Below, in pieces: positions 54,740 to 64,000 of a stretch of 64,000 bases of DNA; positions within the stretch are counted from its first letter, which is position 1; each line of letters opens with the position of its first letter. Under the pieces are notes generated by a model that saw only the letters and a program-made list of their open reading frames with translations, searched no databases and had not been told where the DNA came from. A program made the translations under genes and the position numbers. The DNA is from Trichosphaerium sp. ATCC 40318. Its lineage: Eukaryota; Protista; Tubulinea. Location: the NCBI GenBank assembly GCA_038496445.1, contig JALMLS010000309.1:372001-436000 (forward strand), read 5' to 3'.

Positions 54740-56422
54740 ATGAGCAATACTACTGATGAAGAGAAAAAAGATGCCGAACAGCTAAAAGAAGCATTGAGTA
54801 AACTGAATACTGCCCTTGATGAGTTATTTAAAGATGATATCACAGATAGCGATATGGTTGAGGCCATGGGTACTATACGGGCTGAATTAGGGACCTGGTA
54901 TTGTATTTGTGACTTTTTCTACCACTAACAGTAGAAAAAGGGATTGGAAGCATTCATGTATGACTTATAGGCGATACGTGAGTTCGTTGACAACCTTTAG
55001 CGGAAACTCGCCGTTTTTGCTTAAAAAGAGATATTGTGCCGTTTTACAAGCGATTGCTAGATAATGATGAGTATGCACTGTTTGTTGTAACATGTATTTG
55101 GCATTTTGTATCAGACGGTACGATTTCTTGACCAAAAAAGCTTGCCTTTGATTTTGAAGTCTTATTCTTTTCAAAAGAGGAGTTTGTGAGGCCTTTCTAT
55201 CTTGCGGGTGTTGTTCCTACTTTTGCGAAGATGATGTCGTCAAAAGATCGGGATGAAAGGTCAAATGGTTCAGGAATCATGACAAATTTTTTAGAATATG
55301 GCACGTGATAGAAAAACAGACAGTTTGTTTGACAAAAAAACCCCACCTATATGAAATTTGTTGTTGCATCTTTGTACTCACATTCTTCCTTTGGTTCAAG
55401 TTAACGCCGATTTTATAGAAGAAATACGTAGTGAAGCTGCACATAATGGTGTCTTAGATTCTTGCTTTAAGTACTACACCGAAGAAGCGTACTTTGTATG
55501 CCTTACACTTCTCATCAACAATGGTACACTTATGTTTCACTTTATATGTTTGTTTAATTAAAGTTAATGTATGAAGCTGAATGTCGTAAACGTATTGTTA
55601 CTTGGGACCTTCTCAAACAAATGTTCATCATTAAAACTGATGATACTCTTCATATGCTTTGTTCTATTCTCAATGATAGTGAGTTTCATGCGCTCCTTCC
55701 TCACAATTTTGAATCTCAACAGCTTGCCTAGAATCACTACAAAAGATAGTAGAAGACATTGATTTATCAACAGAAATAGAAGAACATGAGAAATACTTGG
55801 AAGAACACAAAGGACCGAAATTAAAAGAGTAATAGAAAGAAAAAACGAAAAACTCAGTTTTGGTTTTCTTCTAATAGCTTCTTAGACAAGCTGAGCTTCA
55901 GGATGGTATTCTTTATCATGTTATACAACCGTTTTATGATTTTTCTAAATCTCAAATACCTATTGTACATCGTTATGGCGCATTATGCATGGCTGCATGT
56001 TCATATAGACGTACGACCTCTAATCATTTTATATTTGTCTGTGATTTTCTATTGCACCTTTCACATGTTATCTTTGTAGTTGGCACGTGTATTCAACTAA
56101 AAGCTACAATACACAGTGTCATGATTTTTAATAACAGTCATTCATTTATTCCAAGTAACATTGCTTTTTGTAAAAACACGTGGAAGATAAAAATGTTGTC
56201 TGACTTTGTTATTATTTTCTAGAAGTCTACAAAGATCGTATAGTCGATCGTAAATGGACTGATTACTTGTTCTGTTTTCAGTGGTCTTCTGACAATACTA
56301 TTAAATCATATGGAAAGGAAATTATAGATAACTTGAAGCCATACAATCCTCCTTCATTGTTCACTCTAACCAAATGGTTCATGAGAAAAAATAACATTAC
56401 TGTACCTGCAAACTTTGCTTAA
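54740..56422 (+). CDS. ARM/HEAT-like helical protein with C-terminal BC/SOCS-box-like motif
   Basis: Helical repeats (AGVVPTFAKMMSSKDRDERSNGSGIMTNFL); C-terminal NPPSLFTLTKWFMRKN; GC-AG intron 55301..55400. Confidence 0.55.
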
Positions 56423-56948
56423 AATATATTTTATACGACACCAACGAATAACGACTACAACATAAAGTCAAAATTGAAAGTCTGAGAGACGTACAAACTC
56501 AGTGAAAAATCAAAAAAAAAAACCATTAACCGATGTGCAAAGAGTGAATCACAGTTTTTTCAAGATTGAATGAGTACTTCGAACTACTGGTCACTTTTAA
56601 TTTCATACACTGCTATTATTGTAGCTTAGTATGGAGAATTTACTTTGAGAAATGTATACAAGTTTCGGAATATATTCTACGCCCGCAATGAAGAAAATAG
56701 TAAATATCCACAAAAAATTGTCTAAATAAAGAAAGTGATTGATTGATAAAGTTGTGAAAACGAACTGATTGAAATTAAACCTTTGATAAATACAAAACCT
56801 CACAACAAAGCATCCACACCTCTCAAATATAACAATAAAGAAATGAAACCAGTATCAAAGAGACCAGTACGGCACTTTAAAACCTAAACGCTTATCAAAC
56901 AACTGAACTAACGTTAAGTAGCTAAAGAACGCTCCTAAACCTCTACCA

Positions 56949-59620
56949 ATGGCTATGCAACTACCAGCGACAGTACAAAGGCTGATATCATATCAAAATC
57001 ATGAAGCGTACACCAAATGGCCACTTTTGTGTAAACGTGCAGCCTTTGCAACTCGCTTTGACAAGAACTTGGCTTTGCATGGGTAGGGACGATTTTTGTA
57101 AGCAGTTCACACTTTCAAAAAAATTCTAGGACACCTCAAAAACGTTATTTATGTCCAATTTTTGAGTATACTTCAGAATACATATGTGTTTATAATATAT
57201 ATTAACCAGAACTTGCTGGTAATTAATAGTGTGCTTCAATCAACTATTTCATTGAAACTAAAACTGAGTTATTTCTGCTTGGGATCATATTCTTATCCTC
57301 TAACACCACCATGTTTTGCAGGTAACTCTTTTACATCATGATGAGTAAGGATTACATTCTTTCGTTTAATGCATTTTTTATCACTTTCAGTGTCCCACAT
57401 AAAGCTATCGTCACCTGTCTCTAGACCAGATTGTTGTCAATTGGTCGTTCTTTTGAACAATCATTCTAATCCACAAAAACCTTTTTCAAATCTTTCCTTT
57501 TGGCTGCAGGTGCTCAATAAATCATGGTGTACGTATGCACAGTTATAGCGTATTTGATAATTTTGGTATCAAAATACAGAGGTTTCTTTTTCAAAGAAGT
57601 TGATGAACATAATATTTACATGAAAATGTCAAAAAACTCACTCTTGCTTGGGTACTTTATTGCATCAGATAGCCACAAAGGTTGATGTAGTTATTTTTTA
57701 CCACTATAGGAGTTTTAGAGACAGAACTTGGTTTTCGAATGGAGATACTTCAGGCTTTACCAAAAACAGGTTCATTGAAACTGTGTCACTACACTCCATC
57801 AACTATTGCTATAAATTACACTGTGTAATACCACACATATTGACTATCACTATGAAAAGTGTGGGATGGTCAATTAGCTCTTGAGGTATTTAATTCCAAA
57901 AATCGCTTATTGTCCACTAGTACAGAATATTGGAATTTATCAATTACACAAGGCTCGACAAGCTTAAAACTAATCTCAATACATGACAAATAGCATTAGG
58001 TGACACTTCTGTAATTTAAACACTTGTCAAAGCTTGTGTAATTGTTAATTTTGGGAACTCGCTTTTTTTTCATTCTGTACCCTGAAAACTAACGTTTTCA
58101 GCGTTTCCCGTGCGATAAACGTCATTTGCAGGTACTTTATAGAAACGCCCTCGTATTTTGGTAGCATACGCTCTGTTTTTGCCAATAACCCGTGAATTGC
58201 ATTTCAAGCACCTTGTATGGTGACACAACTCTTGAATCATCTGTTTGCGTGCATTGAAGCTCAGTTGGTGCTTTTTTAGTTAAGTCAAAACAAAAACCAC
58301 AAAAAAACTCGTAAAATAGTAAATAATTTATTTTACACTTAGATCTTAACAATGGAGCCAGCCATTGTAGGAGTACCTTCACATACGCAAAATCATTAAT
58401 ATGAGAGGTGTGAACTGCATACAAAAATCGTCCCTATTTTCTCAAATGGAATCGTGCTGGGGAAAAAATCAGTCACTTCAAAATCAATCATGGAAGTTTG
58501 AACTGGACCGCCTTTACTTGGTTTGCCGAATCTGAAACCAAGATAGCCACGGAAACACCTTATGTTAGCGGAAGAATACATGGTATAAAAAAGGAGTGGT
58601 ATTTGATTAAATCCGGTAATGATGAGTCACGTGAATTGAAAGCATTGATCTGTTACGTTCGTGGCAAACGCCAAGGAGAACAGTTTGTTTGGTACCCCAA
58701 TGGAGGATCAAAATCGATATGTTCTGTTGTTGATGACCAAAAACATGGCAAGTGTTATACCTTTAATGGCAAGGGCGTTACAACGCTTTTTTTCTTCGTT
58801 CATGGCATGGAGCAGGCGAAACGTGAAGTATACTTCCAGGGTGTCAAAGTTAAAGAGTACAGTAGGGTAGACAAGAAGCTTCACGGCGACTATAAAGAGT
58901 ATTTTAGCAATGGTGCATTGAAGTATCATCGCCAATATGAGGAAGGAGAAAGACACGGCAAACAAAGAAAATACTACAAAACGGGACAGCTACAATATCA
59001 AGAAATGTACTTTTATGGTGTGAAATACGGAGATGTCTACTATTTCCATTGCAATGGTAAAATGTGGAAAAAGGCGTTTTTCTTCGAGGGTAAACGGTTG
59101 ACAATTAGGGAGTGGCATGCTGATGGTCAACAATCCGAATGGAATTGTGACAACGAAGGCGAAATCTGTGGCCAGCGGAAAACGTGGTTCAAAAATGGAC
59201 AATTATCGAAGCTGGGTTATGTACACAACTTTCATGGTGAGTACAAATTTAAAGGTGAGTACAAAGAATGGGCAATTATCGAACCAATCTAATTATGCTC
59301 TTGGCAAACTGGAGGGTGAATTCAAGACATGGTGGGAAAACGGTAATTTACGTAAGCTTTGTCACTACCGCAATGGTTTTGAAGAGGGGGAATGCAAGAT
59401 GTACTGGAAGAATGGAAATCTGAATGTGCTGTGCACTTACAGTCAAGGTAGTAAGGAAGGGCTATGGCAGTACTGGAATCGTGATGGCAAAAAGAAGAAC
59501 ACTTGCAATTATGTCAACAATAAGCTTGACGGAAAGCAAGCGCAGTTTGAATCTCTAGTAGAGGTACTTAGTTGGTACAAGAATGGTGTGAAAGTTTCTG
59601 GACCCGATTCTCACAAATGA
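56949..59620 (+). pseudogene. MORN-repeat copy 3, interrupted by a TIR element and frameshifted near 59270
   Basis: MAMQLPATVQRL..LALHG, then the insertion, then YFLKWNRAGEKISHFKINHGSLNW continues in frame; later an FEN-coding deletion shifts the frame. Confidence 0.88.
57086..58434. mobile_element. Non-autonomous or degenerate TIR DNA transposon, 1349 bp, TA target-site duplication
   Basis: 27-bp TIR GGGACGATTTTTGTA[A/T]GCAGTTCACAC with 1 mismatch; TA at 57084-57085 and 58435-58436; the empty site CATGGGTATTTTCTC is present in copies 1 and 2. Confidence 0.93.
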
Positions 59621-59789
59621 TGTGCTTGGCAACGCCATTTATTTTCCAATTGTCTAAAAAATAAAACAGATTTTGTACTATGCTGCACTTTTATTGTACA
59701 CTTTGTGAAGATTGTAAGCATTCGACCCTATGTAATTATCGCTTGCTATTTGTAATGAGTCATCCCAAAGAGAAAACGCATTGATTGCA

Positions 59790-61316
59790 TCAGTTAGGGA
59801 ATTGGATTAAGCCTTGGGTAAATTCTAAAAACATACCATCGAGATCATGATATTCAACATTCTTAATTACTGAGAAATTATCCATAAAAGAATGACTTAC
59901 ATTAACAATGTGGAGACCTTCTACAGCTTCAATACCGTCTTTGGTCACATGCTCACAATACTTAACTCCAAGCGTATGGACTCCCACTAGGGATTTGATT
60001 CCTTCGTCTGTAACTGAAGTGCTTTCAAGGTTAATAGCATTTACCCCTTTAAGTGATTTGATACCTTCATCTGTCACTGATGTACGAGTAAGATCAATGG
60101 CATGGACACCTGCAAGCGCTTGAATACCTTCATCAGTTACTGCAGTATCTCCAAGGTGTATAGTATGAGTGCCTGCAAGTGCTTTGATACCCTCATCTGT
60201 CACTGAGGTATTGTTCAAGAAAATCGTATGAATACCTTTCAATGCTTTGATACCTTCGTCAGTCACTGATGTACGACCAAGATAGATGGAATGAACCACT
60301 TTAAGTTCTTTGAGACACGCATCAGTAATTGATGTCGCATAAAGATGAATTGTGTGAACTCCATTTAACGACTTGAAACCCTTGTCCGTAACTTTAGTGC
60401 AACCTGCTAAGCCAATTGTATGAACACCTTTGAGTGCTTTGATACCATCATCTGTCACATCACAACAATTAAGATGAATCTCATGAACACCTTTGAGTGC
60501 TTTGATACCTTCATCTGTTACTGATGTACAAGGAAGACGAATTGTATGAACACCAGCCAATGCCTTGATACCTTCATCTGTCACATGTTTACAATGACAA
60601 AGAAAAATAGTGTGGACACCTGCAAGCTCTTTAAGATCGTGATCATTGATCACACTGCCTTGTCTCAAAAAGCTTGCATCAATGGTACGACATCCAGATA
60701 ATAAAGAAAACAATGTGTTGTTCTTTACTTTCATTTTGACAATGGTATTGTTCATGACGCCCTTGTACTGTCTTATCCTTAAAACGTCTGGAATATTGTA
60801 GATATACACCTTCTCATATCCAACAACATGGTGGATGATATCAGCCATCAAACGACATGACTGAGCAACAATGAATCTTGTTTTTGATTTTGTATGGTGG
60901 AGAATACATGCAATAACCTCTGGTGGGAATTTGAGAATATTTTGTACTTTGTGCGTTGTCCGTGATCTTGTTAAAGTGAGTTAGTAGTTAGGAAATACAC
61001 TTGATCCTTATTTAGATTTAACGTACGTATGTTTGCGTTTTACAACCTCTGTAGTCTTTGATTGTCTATGTTTTGGCGTACGATAGTGATTAGAATGTAC
61101 TTGACGCAGTTTGCTTGTTTTAGAAGCTGTTTCAACGTTTTCAAAGAGATATTGGTCTAGTTGTAACGCAAGGCTTGTTTTCGCATTGTACAAGATGATT
61201 TCAAGTTGGTTTATGAATGTTTCGCTTTGTTCTTCAGTAATTCTTCTGAACTCTTCTTTGTGGTGTTTGTGATAGTATGAGGTTGCTTGTTCAACGGAAA
61301 TACCAAGTAAATCCAT
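59790..61316 (-). CDS. F-box + LRR protein, copy 3, intact
   Basis: Same two-exon structure as copy 1; open 353-aa LRR frame with one more repeat than copy 1. Confidence 0.9.
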
Positions 61317-61679
61317 AATCTGACACTACTATAACCGGACCTTATAAGTAGCGTAAATAAAAATGACAACTATTTTTAGCAGCAGAATAAGTCACATGTT
61401 TGTTCTGCATCCCGTATGTGAGGTAAGGTATTTTAAAAGTTGTTGTTCTAGTCACTTCAAGATAGGTCAGGAAAAGGTGTAAGGAACTATTTGAAGTGTT
61501 GGCCGTTACTTCATTTAGGACAACATATTGTATATTGGCTTTGAAACGTCTTCGAGTGAACTCATTTTTATGAGCAGCAGATTTTGCTCTTGGTAAGTTT
61601 ATGTAATGTTTGTACAAAATTAGCACACAGCACTAGATACTACAAGTGATTTTGCGGTGCACGTGATTGACATTTGATT

Positions 61680-62591
61680 TTATTTGCAAGTAAATTTCTT
61701 GTCAAAGTCATAGTTGATTGTAGTATCATACTCTCGATTAATCTCTTCAATATCAATTTTATCACCCATCCTTTTTGCATGTACTTTACCACGTTGTCTT
61801 GTAAAGCTACATTTTCTTTTTACGTAAATAAATCTATTACACTGTGGGTGATACTCATCAAAATCAATCGTGTCTTCTTTCATTTTTTTCCCAAAATTTT
61901 CATGGTAAGTATCAAACGGGTGTATAAAGTAATCAGAGTTCGGAGGGTTATAAAGTGTCTGAGATATTGAAGAGTGTTTAGGCTCATTAAACGGAAAAAG
62001 ATAGTACGACCCGTCATCAGGATATAGAAAGGAGCCATTATCCAGTGAAATATAAGCATGTTTTGTTAAGTCATGATAATCCATTTGTCTCATAACACAC
62101 TCGAAATAATCACTTGGTGGTATATCATCAGGATCCATTAATATATGAAGCGTCTTATTATTAGTCCCTTTACGTACTTGGCTTCTATTTAAAGCAATCT
62201 GACCAGAATTTACAACCTTTATTGGTAAGCTATGACTGAAATGTTCACACTTGTATAATTCGTTTGTAATAAACTGGAACTTATCTGGGTTGACATAAAG
62301 GAACAATTGAATATCATACAAATCCATCCTTGATATATAAAATCGAAGAAAACCATGACAGAAAAAGTGTTCAAAGTCGTACTTTGGTAAATCGTCACCC
62401 CACGTGTACACGCTGGCGTAGACATAAAAAGACCAATCTGAACCCTTTTCATGTTCTGTCAGTGTAGTATCTACGATGTCAGTACTCCAGAATGTGGTAT
62501 TCGCTACCGCCTTGCTGCCAAGAAGGAAATAAACCGTAACCATAGAAATGAGACTCCACACAAGCAGAAGTAGTGTTATCTTATTCATCAT
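61680..62591 (-). CDS. Intronless type II membrane protein, possibly GT-A glycosyltransferase-like
   Basis: N-terminal signal anchor ITLLLLVWSLISMVTVYFLL; LHILMDPDD is a DxD-like motif after a hydrophobic strand. Confidence 0.55.
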   Translation of the reverse strand: MMNKITLLLLVWSLISMVTVYFLLGSKAVANTTFWSTDIVDTTLTEHEKGSDWSFYVYASVYTWGDDLPKYDFEHFFCHGFLRFYISRMDLYDIQLFLYVNPDKFQFITNELYKCEHFSHSLPIKVVNSGQIALNRSQVRKGTNNKTLHILMDPDDIPPSDYFECVMRQMDYHDLTKHAYISLDNGSFLYPDDGSYYLFPFNEPKHSSISQTLYNPPNSDYFIHPFDTYHENFGKKMKEDTIDFDEYHPQCNRFIYVKRKCSFTRQRGKVHAKRMGDKIDIEEINREYDTTINYDFDKKFTCK

Positions 62592-63200
62592 TTAATAAAA
62601 ACAGCGTTTTGGTTTGCGGGTTTTGCGGGGAGCTCTGTTTTTTCACGTGTTGTATAAGTACGGGATAATAGGAGTCACGTGCGGCCGTCTCTATGATGAA
62701 TAAAGTAACGGGTTTAACTTAACACACTGACTTTTCTTCCTTGTTTTTTTTTTTCATCTAGACGCATTCGCAGCGCTTCATTCTTACACAATATAACGTC
62801 GGCTTCGCCTCCTAACATACCGTTGTGATTCATACTTTTATGTTGAGATATCTTTACTAAAATAAACACTTTGAAACCTATAAAAAGCTCATTAGACACC
62901 TCTGAGTTTTTGGCTTCACACAACGTGTCAACGGAGAAAAAAACAGTCCTGTTGCTGTAAATAATTTTGGAATTTGCTTATTTTATCGGCTTATCTCACC
63001 CACGTGCGTCCTCTTACTTTTTTTGTAGAATCACATGTCTTTTTCCGATGCTACATCTTATATGACTACACATAGATCATTGTAGTTTGAGCTAGTAGGT
63101 GCAGCATGTCCTAATGCACCATACTAGATAACAAAACGAATTCAGTTTATATACCTACTGTTTTAGACTTTAAATATATCTTTCCTGAAGTGTTTCTTGC

Positions 63201-63291
63201 TCCATCAACCACTTTGATACCCTCGTCAAATACTGAAGTGATATTAAGGTAAATACTATGAACCCAGCAGTGCTTTGATACCTTCATCAGG
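63201..63291 (-). pseudogene. Relic of the cassette LRR gene
   Basis: DEGIKAL, frameshift, VHSIYLNITSVFDEGIKVV; same GATGAAGGTATCAAAGCA nucleotide repeat. Confidence 0.65.
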
Positions 63292-64000
63292 TATCAAAGT
63301 GCCTTGAAGAGGAACAAGTTGTTTTTTGACAGTTTGCACTAGGTATGTACCCTCACTGGTTTGACGTTTACACCTGTCTATGGATAAATTCGCGGTTTCC
63401 AGTACTATGGTACCGATTCTATAAATTCGCATTGACAAGTTGTCAATTGTAAAGCAGGAACATATAAGTAAATGACTATGATTTTTGGATTTTAATTTTG
63501 ATTCAACACATAGCAGTGGTCGCTAAACGGCTACAGCCAAAAACAATCTTGATGCTTATGATTTTTATTAGCGTGTTGAGTTGTTTCTTTCAAAGTAGTT
63601 GGGTGGTAGATCAGAAAAAGAGACTGAGATTAAAAATACATCAGCTGTCAACGTCAGTGAATAAATACAAGGCAAATAAATAAACAATATTCCATCAATG
63701 CGGCGTCAAACGTGAATAAATGAACGATAAATCATTCAATTAACGGCGTCGAACATACCGTGAGCACATGATAAACACCACTTAATTAAGCGAGTGCTCG
63801 TTCTTCAATTTTCTTTCACTAGTTAAGTCATTTCTGGTTCTAACAATTAGTTCTCCGCTCGAAAGGGTTTATTGACGTTGTCGTTGCAGTATAAGTAAGT
63901 TTTCACATCGCGATAGTCATTTAAAACGCGCTAGGTATTTTTTTTTACTTGTAAACGATATTCGGCGTTAGATTGCATTCATACGCACTTTGGAGGCGCT

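Larger units (their letters stand above)
56535..61415. repeat. Duplicated cassette copy 3 (inverted, contains the transposon); boundaries approximate
   Basis: Reverse-complement homology to 38110..41645, including AAAAGTGACCAGTAGTTCGAAGTACTCATTCAATCTTG. Confidence 0.9.

Overview
AT-rich, gene-dense eukaryotic DNA with many short spliceosomal introns (about 45-60 nt, donor consensus near GTACGT/GTAAGT, CTAAC-type branch points). Most ORF-track entries are exon fragments or antisense noise. The gene set (KrsB-like STE20 kinase with calpain-III repeats, Tup1/TupA, Zn2Cys6 factor, BET3, SR protein, Ras) points to a free-living amoebozoan-like protist; this is an inference. Hand-splicing gives about 25 genes and pseudogenes. 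Main observations: (1) a convergent two-gene cassette, F-box-LRR plus an intronless MORN-variant (YwqK/giant-virus-like) repeat gene, occurs three times in different states of decay, one copy broken by a 1349-bp TIR element with a TA target duplication; (2) F-box-type motifs are repeatedly fused to apparently dead or mimic host modules (pseudo-PPP phosphatase, ankyrin + pseudo-Rab, histone H3-tail mimic), suggesting decoy ubiquitin-ligase adaptors; (3) a probably mitochondrial tandem-repeat protein ends in a PD-(D/E)xK-like nuclease; (4) CACGTG is strongly over-represented and overlaps several GC-AG splice donors. No tRNA, rRNA or CRISPR was seen. All exon structures and domain calls are by eye, without database searches.
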